From: Rhynchopus sp. YZ270_cl-10
Lineage: Eukaryota
Direction of reading: 5' to 3'
DNA length: 64,000 nucleotides
Assembly (NCBI GenBank): GCA_964035575.1
Contig: OZ037847.1
Span: 310,001 to 374,000 of the forward strand
Both the position numbers and the translations under genes were made by a program. Of this stretch, positions 1 through 12,399 are shown piece after piece (within the stretch, counting starts at the first letter, position 1; each line of letters begins with the position of its first letter). Under the pieces are notes generated by a model, which was not told the origin of the DNA, did no database searches, and saw only the letters and a list, made by a program, of their open reading frames with translations.

Positions 1-2645
1 TCCTGGGGAAGCGGTTGTTCGGAGGAGCCAAGGAGAAGCTCTGTGTCGACGTGGCAGGGGAGCAGGGTGTCGACGTAGGGAAGCAGGCTGTCCTCCTTCC
101 CACCCGCTCCGTCGAAACCTTCCTCCAGCGCAACACTGTGGAAGAAGTTGTCCTGCACGTTGCGCCGCCGCTTCGAGACGAACACATACCCCTCATTCGC
201 AAGATCCACCACCGCCTGCCCCACCAAGAGGTACATCGCGAGGGTCAGCAGGTGGTCCGCAATGCTTTGCAGACTGTCCTCTCCTGTGTATTGGTATATC
301 CCGGTGCACGCCATGGCGACCATGTGCACGCCAATGAAGATGATGCTGAAGAATGCGTCGCAGTGGCGTGCATACGGGTAGGTGCAGGACTCGCAGAGGA
401 GCTGCATGAGGAGGACCACAGAGGACGCGATCTTGACGTGTCCACACCCGGCGGAGGTCTCGGGCTGCAGGCTTGCGATGGTGGCTAATGCGAAGCTCGC
501 GCCAAACTCAATAAGCATGTAGAAGGCGCGGTTGCGCTGGTATCTCCGCAGGGCAGACGCATGGCGCTGCACAAAGAGACGGCTGCGGAACCTGCTGCAC
601 CACTCCCCTGCACCAAGGAAGAAGCTTGCCACATTGCTCCGTGACCTCGCAGTGACGTACACACCTAGGTCAGGAACGTTGCGTGCGATGGTGTGGTGCA
701 GCCACAACGGCACCAACGCGCACTGCACAATGCAGAAGACCCCCACCACGACGCCAAACAGATTGGAGAGATCCATGACGAGGTACATCCCGCCCATGAC
801 AAAGCTTTGGTAGAGCATGCTGAAGAGCGAGAGCGGGATGGACGGGCAGCGGAGCAGGCCCTGCACATCGGTGTTCTGCAGGAAGGACATACGGCGCAGA
901 CCTGCCGCTGCTGCGATGCCTGCCACAAGAATGCCGACCACCATCGCCTCGCTTGCAACAATCGCCCCGAGGGGCTCACTCCCCAACACCAACAGACCTG
1001 TTGGGTTTAATGTACTGGGATACGACGAATGACACCCTGCACCCACACTCACCAGCCGCATCGCACGCCCTGCGCTCGCCCCTGACGATGCAAGCACACC
1101 AAACGCCACTGCAGTCAACTCCGGTGGTGTTGACGCCCCCACCATCGGCTCCTCCACAGACGCACCCAAAGGGTCCTCTGTTATCACCGAGGTGTTGTCC
1201 GTTGCCGGTTCTGTGCTAGTCACTGTAGGGGTAGGGGTGTCCTGAATCGGTGTTGCCGTTGGTAAAGCGGTCGGCACTGCAGTCGGGGAAGCTGTAGGAG
1301 AAGCGGTGGGTGACGCAGTAGGGGTTGCAGTAGGGGGTGATGTGGGCTGTGCTGTGGGTGGTGCTGTGGCAGGTGGTTCTGTCGGCACCGCTGTGCTTGG
1401 AAGAGGAGTGGGTGGGGCTGGGGTTGGCGGTGATGGGGTGGGTGGTGCTGCTGTTGCCTGAGGAATCTTCCAGACGACGTTCTCCTGCCACGACTGTGCG
1501 CCCGTCACAACGGTTGCGCCAAATGTGGATTCACCCGACGGACGGTTCACCACCCCAATCCGCAGCTCCATTCGGTCGTGCAAATGAACTGTCGCCACCC
1601 CCCAGCCATCCCAGCTCACCGCAGATATCTCAAAGCTCACTACATCACTTGCCTCGAATTTGCAGTTTTGCATGTAAACATTCACAACAGAAGTCACCTT
1701 CGGGACAATATCATTGCAGTACGCACCCTTAGAGTCCCTGAGGGTCACCTCATACGTCTCTGAACTGACCTTCTCCGTTGTGATCGTCACTGCAATGGGG
1801 TTTTTGCGGTACCATTCGGTGCTCTCACGCTCTTTCACGGTGCAGAAGGGGATGCAGTAGTCCTTCTCCACCCAGTGGTATGCTTGGTACCCTGAGGAAC
1901 GCACGAAGAGCTGCACCCATGTACCCCGCCAGGCACCGGCAATCCATATGTTCTCGTACATCTCAAGGTACATGACGTACCACGCGTCTGTACCCTGCGC
2001 GCTGAGACGCACATAGCTGGTCTCTTCTGCATCGAAAGCACAGTCGCCATCAAAGATATCAACGTCCTTATTATTCGCCGGCCCTGCAGTACCGATCTGG
2101 CATTTTCCCGACCCGGTGCGGGCGTGGCGGTAGACCTTGGTTTTATCGCTGGTACTGTAGCTTATCCCGGACCCGGTGGTGGTGCGGACCGATCCGAGTG
2201 AAGGTGGTGTTATTGTGGTTGGGGTGATGAGAGTCCCTATTGGGATGGACCAGAGGATGGATGCGCCTTTGCCTACCCATTTTGCGGAGTTGGATTTGCC
2301 GTCTGTGTATGCAGACACCCAGAGGTTGTAGTCGGCGAAGAGAAGCGTCACGGAGGCGATAAGCCATTCGTCGCTGCCGTCTCGGTTGTATACCCGGACA
2401 CCAGCGACGTCCTCGCAGGGGAAGGCTACCTCCGCAGAGAGAAGAAAGATCTGATCATAGTCAGGCTCATCGACACGCGATGAATACACCTGTGCCCCGT
2501 TGCGTGCCTCGATGTACAAGTCAAATGTTGCATCTGACTCCGAATAACTCTCGTCCGCAGTCACAACCCTCGCCGCAATGTTGCACTGCGCATAACCTCC
2601 AGTGCACTGCAGTGCAACGCACACCCACACAATCCATTCTTTCAT
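1..2645 (-). CDS. Surface/membrane protein, 3'-truncated by the window edge: signal peptide, PLAT/LH2-like domains, Pro/Thr stalk, multi-pass TM C-terminus; paralog of 37785..45575
   Basis: ATG at 2645 (MKEWIVWVCVALQC...). The frame appears open to the window edge, which explains its absence from the ORF track. PLAT-like motifs VVTADESYSESDA...NRDGSDEWLIASV and VRTTTGSG...AQGTDAWY. PTA-rich stalk near 1230-1450. C-terminal FFLGAGEW and CGHVKI match FLLGPGEW and CGHLRM in the giant protein. Confidence 0.8.
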   Translation of the reverse strand, partial: MKEWIVWVCVALQCTGGYAQCNIAARVVTADESYSESDATFDLYIEARNGAQVYSSRVDEPDYDQIFLLSAEVAFPCEDVAGVRVYNRDGSDEWLIASVTLLFADYNLWVSAYTDGKSNSAKWVGKGASILWSIPIGTLITPTTITPPSLGSVRTTTGSGISYSTSDKTKVYRHARTGSGKCQIGTAGPANNKDVDIFDGDCAFDAEETSYVRLSAQGTDAWYVMYLEMYENIWIAGAWRGTWVQLFVRSSGYQAYHWVEKDYCIPFCTVKERESTEWYRKNPIAVTITTEKVSSETYEVTLRDSKGAYCNDIVPKVTSVVNVYMQNCKFEASDVVSFEISAVSWDGWGVATVHLHDRMELRIGVVNRPSGESTFGATVVTGAQSWQENVVWKIPQATAAPPTPSPPTPAPPTPLPSTAVPTEPPATAPPTAQPTSPPTATPTASPTASPTASPTAVPTALPTATPIQDTPTPTVTSTEPATDNTSVITEDPLGASVEEPMVGASTPPELTAVAFGVLASSGASAGRAMRLVSVGAGCHSSYPSTLNPTGLLVLGSEPLGAIVASEAMVVGILVAGIAAAAGLRRMSFLQNTDVQGLLRCPSIPLSLFSMLYQSFVMGGMYLVMDLSNLFGVVVGVFCIVQCALVPLWLHHTIARNVPDLGVYVTARSRSNVASFFLGAGEWCSRFRSRLFVQRHASALRRYQRNRAFYMLIEFGASFALATIASLQPETSAGCGHVKIASSVVLLMQLLCESCTYPYARHCDAFFSIIFIGVHMVAMACTGIYQYTGEDSLQSIADHLLTLAMYLLVGQAVVDLANEGYVFVSKRRRNVQDNFFHSVALEEGFDGAGGKEDSLLPYVDTLLPCHVDTELLLGSSEQPLPQ

Positions 2646-2855
2646 TGTGCCCTGCGGTGTGGAACGTAGAGGGGTAGATGGGGGTAGAGGGGAGAGAGAG
2701 AGAGTTGAAAAGCTTTAAAAAATGCCAAATTTTTAGAACTCAAAGTGTCCAAGAAAACAAGAGAATGCGCGTGAGTGCTGGTCTCTTTTTGGGATAGTCA
2801 AAATACGCGGTTCGGTTTGAAAAAAAAAGAAGAAAGAAGAAGAAATGTGATATGG

Positions 2856-5294
2856 TCAAAATTCGCTGCAAGCCGATAAAAACCCTTCTTTTCGTGCTGT
2901 TTCGGAGAGAACGTTCCACGACTTTCTGAGTGGGGACGGCATTTTGTCTGTGACGTCGCGCTTCCTCTTTTTGGGCGCTTCGAACTGGAACTCACAGCTT
3001 TTGGTGCTCACCATGTCTATGCCTGACTCCTCCAGAGAGGGGTCTATAGAGGGCCTCACTGGCTGGAAGCATGTGTTCCTTTTTGCGAGACTGGTCTTCT
3101 GGCTTACCCTATGCGCCTCGCCTGCCGCCTCTGGGGTGATGAAATGCCACGTAAACACCCCGCCCCGGTACGCACCTACGATGTCCGCTCTCTTCGGATG
3201 CAATCTCTTATTCTTGCTTTCCGGAAGCACAGAATCGAAGGTAGTAGGGCTCTCTCCACGCGCCAGTACAGGTGACGCAACCATCTGCGGAATTTGCCGC
3301 CCCGGTCTCAGATGTCGCGTTCGTGGAACCGGATGGTGTTCTGTCACTGCTTTTTTTACTGGAGGGGGAGGCATGGGGATAATGCGTTCTGGGAGGGTTG
3401 AGGCAAGGAAGACGGCAAGCTGACGTCGCCACTGTTCTGTCTCGCTGAAAACGCTTTCCCGTTCGCCTTCGTCACTCCCTTCGCTGACTTCCTCGATGGA
3501 AGCGTCGTCCGCAATAATCCGAGATAATCGCCGATTGTCCTCAGTCGTCGCAATGCGATAGTCCACCTTTCTAATATTGGTCCGCCTCTTCAACGTAAGG
3601 TCCGACTTTGCAGGTTCCAACACCTTCTCCACCTTGCGTACTACAGGTTTTTCTAATCTCCCCAATAACGCTTGCAATCGTTCTTGCGGTGTTCCTATCT
3701 TTGGTTTGACTTCTTCGACGACGGGCTCGCTTTTTGGTGGAGTTTTTTTAGGAGCTTGCCATTCGGTCCAGTTTTTTTGCATTTGTGGTAAACGCATGAC
3801 GATGCGAGATTTGAAGTCTTGGAGATCGGGGGTGGGGTGGATGACGATGGGGGTGTTGTTGGAGCGATCTACTGGTGTTTTGATGACGTTGTCCATCCAG
3901 AGGAGGTAGGAGCGAAGGAGTTTGTGCGCTTTGAGCATTTCGAAGAAACGGATGCGGTCAAGCTCCCAGACGTCGCAGAAGGTGACGGCAGCGAAGGGGT
4001 ACATCCACCGATGCTGCGCCATACACGTCCATCCCAACACCTCAAACTTTGGAAACGGCACTAATTTGTCGTTTCTCGTAAACGACGCTGTGCCCTCGGT
4101 AACCATCAACAACTTATCACACACAGCAAACGTCGAAAGCAACGGCTCCCTCGGCTTCGCGACCGACAACGTCATGCTCCGCAAGACCTCCACCAAAAAC
4201 TGCACCCCCAACAGATCCACCAATTTCTCAGGCACCCCCGCGAGGTAGCGCTTTTCAAACGCACCCCCATTGAGCTGCGCCAGACGCAAACAGGTATCCA
4301 CCCTTCGGGTCACACAGTTGTCCAAGACTACTTCGGCGCCTGACTTACCTAAGGCGCGCATGAGGTCGCGACGAGAGATGGTCAATACGGTGGCGGTCTC
4401 AGAAGCGACCCTGAGGGTGTATGGACATGGTTCGAGGAAGAAGAACTCCCGCTCCGCCACAGCGCGAGGCAGTTCCGTGAAGTCTGTGACAGAGGCTGTT
4501 TCCACCGCAGCCTCCGTCACCACCTCGCCTCGGAGAACGATTTTGAAGGTTTTGAGGTGCTCCCCAATTTGACACAACTGCTGTCCCCGCTGCACCTCCT
4601 CCTGCTGCAGAACGTTCCCTATCAACTCCAGCTCCGACTTCCCCAAATCACTCAACACCGGCAGCCTTCTTAAGGTAAACTGAATCAACCCCAACTCCTC
4701 CACAAAATTCATGACATTCCATCCTGTCGCCTGCGATGGCAACAAATCTATTGGTATATCAATCAACGTTGCAGCATTGGTACAGGCAATAGTATATGGC
4801 GACTTCTTCTTAGTGAGAAGGGTACGAAGTGGTACGACAACCGCAGGCGCTTCTACGGTTCGACTCTCTGCTTCAGCTCCGGTGAGGAGAACGGTACCGC
4901 TTAGAAGTACTGAGAAAAAGCAGGATTCGTTTTCGCGAACAATGACGTCGCCTGAGGACTGCACCATATAGGTGCTTTGCAGCAACATATCCCGTTTGGC
5001 GTTGATATCTGAGAGAAGCTTTTCAGCCACCGCGAGCACATCACGCTGGAGAAGCGGCTTGAGTGTCTTGACCTTGACGTGGCGACGTCGCCGTATCGCT
5101 ACTCCACATACCCGCGCAATGGTCCCATGCGCTGCCTCGGCCAAAGACTTTATGATGCACTCCGGCACGCATCGCAAATCTGCTGTGCTTAGATCAGTGC
5201 CGCCAAAGTCGCGCAGCTCAAGCTTCCCCTTCGCACGCAGCGCGTCCCATTCTTCTGCATCGGGTTCGCAGTAGAAGAGATCTGTTACATCCAT
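2856..5294 (-). CDS. Protein with about three cyclic-nucleotide-binding (cNMP) domains and a low-complexity C-terminus, ~812 aa
   Basis: First plausible ATG of the 934-aa ORF (MDVTDLF) follows the repeat-derived part. cNMP-like motifs: GDVIVRENE..SVLLSGTV; LRRLPVLSDL..RGQQLCQIGE..IVLRGEV; LLMVTEGTA..CDVWELDRIRF. Confidence 0.75.
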   Translation of the reverse strand: MDVTDLFYCEPDAEEWDALRAKGKLELRDFGGTDLSTADLRCVPECIIKSLAEAAHGTIARVCGVAIRRRRHVKVKTLKPLLQRDVLAVAEKLLSDINAKRDMLLQSTYMVQSSGDVIVRENESCFFSVLLSGTVLLTGAEAESRTVEAPAVVVPLRTLLTKKKSPYTIACTNAATLIDIPIDLLPSQATGWNVMNFVEELGLIQFTLRRLPVLSDLGKSELELIGNVLQQEEVQRGQQLCQIGEHLKTFKIVLRGEVVTEAAVETASVTDFTELPRAVAEREFFFLEPCPYTLRVASETATVLTISRRDLMRALGKSGAEVVLDNCVTRRVDTCLRLAQLNGGAFEKRYLAGVPEKLVDLLGVQFLVEVLRSMTLSVAKPREPLLSTFAVCDKLLMVTEGTASFTRNDKLVPFPKFEVLGWTCMAQHRWMYPFAAVTFCDVWELDRIRFFEMLKAHKLLRSYLLWMDNVIKTPVDRSNNTPIVIHPTPDLQDFKSRIVMRLPQMQKNWTEWQAPKKTPPKSEPVVEEVKPKIGTPQERLQALLGRLEKPVVRKVEKVLEPAKSDLTLKRRTNIRKVDYRIATTEDNRRLSRIIADDASIEEVSEGSDEGERESVFSETEQWRRQLAVFLASTLPERIIPMPPPPVKKAVTEHHPVPRTRHLRPGRQIPQMVASPVLARGESPTTFDSVLPESKNKRLHPKRADIVGAYRGGVFTWHFITPEAAGEAHRVSQKTSLAKRNTCFQPVRPSIDPSLEESGIDMVSTKSCEFQFEAPKKRKRDVTDKMPSPLRKSWNVLSETARKEGFLSACSEF

Positions 5295-5316
5295 CAGGAG
5301 GGAAGAGAAGGTGAGG

Positions 5317-5512
5317 GTGAGAGGGGGGGGTGAGAGGGGGGGGGTGAGAGGGGGGGTGAGAGGGGGGGGTGAGAGGGGGGGGTGAGGGGGGGGGTGAGAG
5401 GGGGGGGTGAGAGGGGGGGGTGAGAGGGGGGGGTGAGAGGGGGGGGTGAGAGGGGGGGGTGAGAGGGGGGGGTGAGAGGGGGGGGTGAGAGGGGGGGGTG
5501 AGAGGGGGGGGT
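5317..5512. repeat. (GAGAG7-8T)-type ~13-bp G-rich minisatellite just upstream of the cNMP gene
   Basis: About 15 tandem units of gagaggggggggt are visible; nearly pure pyrimidine on the sense strand. Confidence 0.9.
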
Positions 5513-6658
5513 GCTGTTTGGTGGTTTTTTTTAATGATAATCGTTTGTAAATTGTTAACATTGGTGGTCTCAGACGTAAGTGGAAAGAAAAACGCGTAAA
5601 CCAAAACCAACATGTAATCTGTGGTGGTGCAAAATTGCTTCGCCAATTTTGGGTCCGCACACTCCATTTGCAAAAAAAAAAAGAGTGTGCCTTTGTCCAC
5701 CCTCTTCAGGTAAAAAGACATTGTGTCAAAACTCTACTATTCTGCCTCACTGTGCCAGCCTGTTTTGTAGGTTTTAGACCGTCACCCAAATGGCCATAAA
5801 AAAATTGTGATGACTGGGGGAGAGTCGTCCATAAAAATAAAGCTCTGTTTCTTTTTGTGTATTGCAGCAACAAACAGCTCTGGGGGGGAGAGGAGTGTGT
5901 ACAACAGGTATGTGGGTGTGGTCACTCAAGGGAGAAAAAATGGATAAGTTTTTGTAAGATGATCCTGCCCTCCTCAGACAGTTTAGTCAACCTACCTAAA
6001 AGGGCGAAAGGAAATAAGAGAAGCAGATGACTTCACTCAATGAATTCGTATGCCTTCTATTCGCAAGAAAGAAAAGCAGGGGCTGTACCATATCCACAAA
6101 GGGGAAAAGTGAAAGCACGTCTCTGCAGACGTGGGGTCCCGGTTCAGTACACAAAAAGCAAACGGAAAAGCAGATATATTTTGCCATCCCTAGATATTCA
6201 GGGCGATGAAGCAGTTTTGTAAATTTTTTTTGAAAAATAAAAACAAAAAGAGAGTGTTTCACCCACAACACCCCCCAACTTGCTTTGGTATGTTTAGCCT
6301 GCAACATGCAACATGCCCTGTCCCAGATGCCTCTTCCGCACTGCGGCAGTTTGTTGAAATATTGTAAAAAAAATAATAATAATATAGTGTAGCGACCACA
6401 CTTTCCGCCCGTATGCGAATCTCCATTTTGAAGATATTTTGAAAACCTTTGAAAAAAAAAAAAAACGTAATTATCCCACATCGCACCACACCACACACCC
6501 CTGCATCTCGAGCAAGGAGACACACCCACCTCCCCTCCCCCCACCCGGCCTATATGAAACAGATATGGCAAAGATGAACCTGCTTTAACCACCATCGCTG
6601 TAGCACACTCTCGTTCCGGTGTATTTTTTTGTGTGTTTTTTTTTTGTGTCACTAAAGA

Positions 6659-7555
6659 CTACAGCATGAAGTACTTGAAGTCGTCAATCGAGTTTTTGAC
6701 AAAGATGTTCTGACAAATCCGCATCGACGGTACCGAGTCTGCGTTTTTGACGATAGTGCGCTTCACGTCGTTGATGTACTGTAGAAGCGGGGGCGGGTAC
6801 CTCCCGGCATCTTCCGTTACCACTGTGGGTAGGGCGTGCGATACCCAGTTTACGATAAACCATGGGTCCTGAAATGTTTTTTTATTGAAGAAGTGATTAA
6901 GATGACAGGAGGAGGGAGGAGGGAGGGAGGGATACCTTGCAGCTCAGAATGACCCCACCCTCCAGCACCACCCCGCATAGCCGTGAGGGGTTTTCCATAA
7001 GCACAATGAACGACCCCGGTTGCAGGTCTGCTGTCGACGTCGTGAATGTGTTCTCATCCACCGCTTCCTGCAGGAGGGATTTGTGTTTCTTTTTTTTTTT
7101 GATAAATTGTTGGTACATACCTCAGTGATCACCCCCGGGGATATGTTCGAAACCTTATCAAGGTCGTTGTGCCCCACTGCGACTACTAAGGTGCCTTCCT
7201 TGAAGCGCGTTGTTGGGTACGGATGCACCTTCGGATCTGCATCTGAGGTTTCGAGGGTGCTGAAGACGGGTAGGATCTCTGGTGCGACGGTGGTCAGGTC
7301 TGCAAGCACCGTTGCGAGAGGCTGCGACGCCGGCGGCGCTGTCGCAGCAATGCACATCCCACGCCCCGCCAACAACGCATTCTGCCCGGGCGCAAGCCCA
7401 AGCTCACCCTCCTTGATACGGTGCTCTCTCTCATACACCCCTGCCGCCTCCTCGGTGCACCCAGCCGGCAGCGCCGCACTACCAAAATCACTACTATACA
7501 AAAGCACTGGGGCTGCGCTGTTGAACAGCCTACGCTGCAAAATTCGTGTCAACAT
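6659..7555 (-). CDS. Hypothetical protein, 258 aa, 3 exons (7555-7121, 7067-6936, 6868-6659); possible mitochondrial presequence
   Basis: Two GTAT..CAG introns (53 and 67 bp) join open frames in phase 0 to a TAG at 6659. The N-terminus MLTRILQRRLF resembles a short euglenozoan mitochondrial targeting peptide. Confidence 0.7.
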
Positions 7556-8659
7556 TTAAAAAAAAAAAGGGAAAAAAATATGCTGTGTTTCCGTCCTAAG
7601 AGGTTGAGGAGTTGAGGATGGGGAAAGAGGGGGGAAAGAGAGGAGAGGGCAAAAGGATAGTTGCAAACGTTTTTTCTCAATCATGTTTAGGTGTGTGTGT
7701 GTCAGCGGTAAGGAGAGTTAAGGTTAAAAAGGTTAAAAAAACAAAGCTATAGGGGAAAAAGACATTGAAGAGTTTGGTGTGGAGACGAGAGGGAAAGGGT
7801 CTCGTAAAGAGACGCGGAGTGCTTGGCAGGCGGGTGTGAAGTGTTGATTTATAAAAAAAAAAAAAAAATGGACTTGGTGGCACATGATCGGGTGTACCTG
7901 GTGGGCCCCCAAACCACGCAGTCCTACATCCATTTTCGTTCGTGGGTTTCTGAAAGAGAAAGTTGAAAGTGCAAAAACGCCTCACCGTTCGTCGGCGGAC
8001 GCAGGTGGTTCCCCGCGGGTTGTCGAACCCGCGAGGGGTCTGTGATACAAAGATGGATGTGTGCACTGTGGACACAGAGAGATAAAGAGAAAAGGTGTAA
8101 AGATGGACCCCATAACCTCAGGGGGTGAGTCACCTCAAGAAAAATGGGCATAAAATCGTTGAAAGATGTTGCCCAACAGCATCGTCTATTGTGTGAGGAA
8201 TAGTGTGCAAGAAAGAAAAAAAAAATGAAAAATTCGAAAAGCGCAACACTCGTCTGAGTCACCTGGTTCTCACACAAAAAAAAAAAAAAAAACAAAAAAA
8301 AGCAAAGATAAGTTGAAAGTGCAAAACAACTCGCCAAACAGACTCGCCGGCAGACGCAGAACACTAGACACAAGCATAAAATAAGATGAAGCCGGGTGCA
8401 GTCCAAATAGGGATGTCGCTAAACTGGAAGGCTATGACACACAAGAAAATTGTGATAAAAGTGCCTCACCTTGCGTACAACCTACAGAAAGAAAGAGAAG
8501 ACTTGAACGATGAATATGCCTCTCGTGCATCTTCATCTAACGAAGAAAGTAAAAGCAGGCTATCGAAAGAGTAAAGAGAGAGCGTGATAACGAAAAACTG
8601 CATCCATGATACAATCAGTGATCATCTTGACATTTTTTTTTTTGGAAAAGACAAATGTT

Positions 8660-8786
8660 CCACCTGATTTTTACCCCGCGTATAGGCGCGTATAGCGCGT
8701 AAAGGCTGGGAAAAATGGGTAGGGTTTGGCCTATATGGGCCTGTACGGGCCTTTACGCACCTATACGCGGGGTAAAAATCAGGTGG
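8660..8786. mobile_element. 127-bp MITE with a 5-bp TSD
   Basis: TIR CCACCTGATTTTTACCCCGCGTATAGG is inverted at the right end. ATGTT flanks both sides (8655-8659, 8787-8791). Confidence 0.85.
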
Positions 8787-8822
8787 ATGTTTCGTTAAAA
8801 CGCAAAATAAATGGGTTAGATT

Positions 8823-8855
<33 letters not shown>

Positions 8856-11827
8856 GACAAACCACCCCCAGGACAAAAAAAAAAGTTGGTTTTCCCTGAG
8901 CCTCTCATCCGAGACACCGTGTACCTTTGGTGCATGATCGGGTGTACCCCAACCCATGCGGTCCTGCATCCATTTCGAGGCCAATGACATACCTCAGGAT
9001 ATCTGGACAAAGATGGTCAGATGACACAAAGGGAGTGTGTCTGTAGGCACTGAAGAAACACTACAAGATAATTTGTATAAAAAGATGACCTTGAGAAGCA
9101 CATCATCGCAATAAAGAGAGTACTGCTAATAAGATGTGACAGCCTCATGTGGCACACACATCTAGAACCGCAGTACAGAAAATAAAACAAAATAAAACCG
9201 GAACCTTGAGTTGCGCCACTTCTGCGCAACGTCTAAAAAAGAAAAAAAAATAGAGTAAACAATATAGTAGAGAAGGGGAGGAGAGGGCGAGTCACCATCC
9301 ACTGGATCAAACATGCATCTTCGCCGGTGGGAAGAGTGAAGCTATTGTGCACCGACTGACCCACGTACGATACCAGCCCCAGATGAAAGCAGTACCCTGC
9401 GGCCAACAGAAGATGTAAAAGGAAACCTACCGTAGTGTGAACGGGGGCGGTACACACTACCGCCCGTCAGCCGGCGGCCCACCTTCCGTTTGCCAGGGTG
9501 AATTTGCATAAAAGAGGGCAGGGGCGTTTAGCATCCGCATACCCCAACAAAAAGACAAAGGCTATGCACTGGTAATAAAGGAGAGGCAGGGTAACTGAAA
9601 AAAAATACCCTGAAGCCCCGCATTCCCCCCCTCGCCCCTGTTTTGTAATCTCTCAGGTCAAGACATCGATTCGAGCGGTCAACACCTTCATAGAGTTGCA
9701 GGAGGAACGGACCCCCGGATGCAAAGGTCCAACCAAAATAAAATAAAAACAAAACAAAACATTAGTATCAGACCCCGACCATACACTTCCTCGCGGTCGC
9801 GACAAGTGGTTACAACGGTACAGAGTTTTCTTCATGGCGTTTTTTGGTTTTTATTTTATTTTTTTACTCCGCTGTTTAAGTCCGTTTATTACACCCCCTC
9901 TTCGATGATTAACCCTGTTATATGAGCTTTTTTTTCGTTATTTTACTTCACTTTTTTTTTTCGAATATCACCTACAAGGTGGAAAAGAAAGCGAAGTTGA
10001 TAGTGCAAACGCCGGACGCAGGCACTAAAAAAAGAGGAGGACAATACAAAAAATAAAATAAATAGACATAATAAATTGACAAAATCTGAGGGTTTTTTTT
10101 GGGGGTTGAGATTAAAAGAGACAGATATGTTGTGTTCTGGGGGATGGCAGTCAAAGTTCGATAGGACTGGCTTGGATTTCCACTGTGCAGGCGTATCCCC
10201 CTCATTAGCTAGACACGGAGTGCTAGAGAAAAAAAAACAAAGTATAAAAAAATAAAAAAGAGAAGTTGCAAGTGCAAACGCCTCACCGTTCGTCGGCGGA
10301 CGCAGGGCACTAATTCTGAACCCCAGAGAGCACTTCATTGGTATGCACACGGTTACCACGAAGGGTGGTTGTAAAGCAGGGGGGAAAAAATGAAAAAGAA
10401 AAAAAAAAATAGGTCGCCTTCCCTCTCTAAAATAGAATTTGCCCAATCAAATTTGAAACCAACAGGACGAGAGAGAGGGGGGCAGAGCAAGGCAATATTG
10501 CTTTTGAGCAAGAAAGCCAATCTAAAAAAAAAATCAAATCAAATTCATATAAATTCCAGTTCATAGAGGAAGAGAAAGGAGGGTCCATTTTTTTCTTTTG
10601 TTTTTGAAAACTTAGTTTTGTATTAGTGTAGCCACCCTAGAGTGTGCTCCACATACTAAACAGTTTTACGTCACCGCAGACGAGCGCGATGATCTCTCTT
10701 TTTTGTTGTCGACAATGACCTAAGAACCCGCTTGGAGAACCTAGGTGCACTTCTTTGTTGACCTCCTCGCGAGTGTGGAACACTCCGGTACGTCGCAAGG
10801 GGGTTGTTTGGAGGGGAGGCACCATCCGGAGAGGGGGAAACCCTACACATAAGAACCCTAGAGAGAGAGAGGAAGTACCCCATGCAGAGCACCCAGCTCA
10901 TCCGTATCAGCGGTTTATCGTGAATCTTTTTACGGAACGCGAACCTTCTAAAAGAAGCGTTCAAACGCTGCATGCAAAGGGGTAGGGTGAATAAAAAGGG
11001 GGGGGTAACAAATTACACAATTCTTACAGCCAGGTATACAGGGGTTTTTTTTGAAATCCCCGGGTCAAGGTTATGTAAGAGCGTTTTTGTAGGGGAAACA
11101 AATACATGATGTTGATTTTCTTGCACTTTTTGTTATTGAAATGATTTTTCTAAAATAAAACGCTGTGGAGGAATGCTGTACGGAGGGAGACAGAGGGTAG
11201 AGAGTGGGTTTGTGTTTTGGGTTTGTATAGGGGGTTTTGTTTTTGATCTTTTGTTTTTTTTTGGGGGGTGTGTTTGTTCTTTGGTTTGTTTTTTTTTCTT
11301 CTTTTTGAGTTTTGTAGACATCAAGTCAAGAGAAAGGATAACGACTCATCCACGATCTCAGAACTAATATGTGTGGGGTGGGTTTTGAATAGTAAAAATT
11401 GGGGTGGCGACAGGGGGGGGTGTGGAAAAAAATATTCGCAAAAAATATTTTCAAATTCTGTCGATCACAAAAATTCACAAAAATTCACGAAAAATCACAA
11501 AAAATCACGAAAGTGAACCGTTTTGGGCCGCTGTAATTGTGCTGTAATTGTGGTGTAATTGTGCTCAGTAATGCTCAGTTGTACGTAAGTGTGTGTAAGT
11601 TTCGCTTAAAATTGAACTTTTTCGGCGTGGCTGCATAACCGATTCCCTACCGTGTTTCTACCAGTTGTCATGACGTTTTGGGGGCATTCATGTGTTGGAA
11701 AAATATTTTTTTTGTTTTCGTTGGTGAAGCTTTTAAACGGCGGTATTTGCATTTCCGGAATCCGTCCGACCAGTGGTGGGGTCAATTTGCCGAAATGGAC
11801 AAGTTCTCGTTTTTGGTCAATTTCCGC

Positions 11828-12114
11828 ATACACAGTATACACAGTATACACAGTATACACAGTATACTGTGTATACACAGTATACACAGTATACACAGTA
11901 TACACAGTATACACAGTATACACAGTATACACAGTATACACAGTATACACAGTATACACAGTATACACAGTATACACAGTATACTGTGTATACACAGTAT
12001 ACACAGTATACACAGTATACACAGTATACACAGTATACACAGTATACACAGTATACACAGTATACACAGTATACACAGTATACACAGTATACACAGTATA
12101 CACAGTATACACAG
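11828..12114. repeat. (TATACACAG)n array with two locally inverted units
   Basis: About 30 units of 9 bp; TATACTGTG variants near 11863 and 11980. Confidence 0.95.
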
Positions 12115-12125
12115 GGGATTGGGAG

Positions 12126-12399
12126 TACAGTACAGTACAGTACAGTACAGTACAGTACAGTACAGTACAGTACAGTACAGTACAGTACAGTACAGTACAG
12201 TACAGTACAGTACAGTACAGTACAGTACAGTACAGTACAGTACAGTACAGTACAGTACAGTACAGTACAGTACAGTACAGTACAGTACAGTACAGTACAG
12301 TACAGTACAGTACAGTACAGTACAGTACAGTACAGTACAGTACAGTACAGTACAGTACAGTACAGTACAGTACAGTACAGTACAGTACAGTACAGTACA
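12126..12399. repeat. (TACAG)n microsatellite
   Basis: About 54 perfect 5-bp units. Confidence 0.97.

Noticed and set aside
5295..5660. Pro-rich N-terminal extension of the cNMP ORF
   Set aside because: Derived from the G-rich minisatellite; the ORF-track start is non-ATG.
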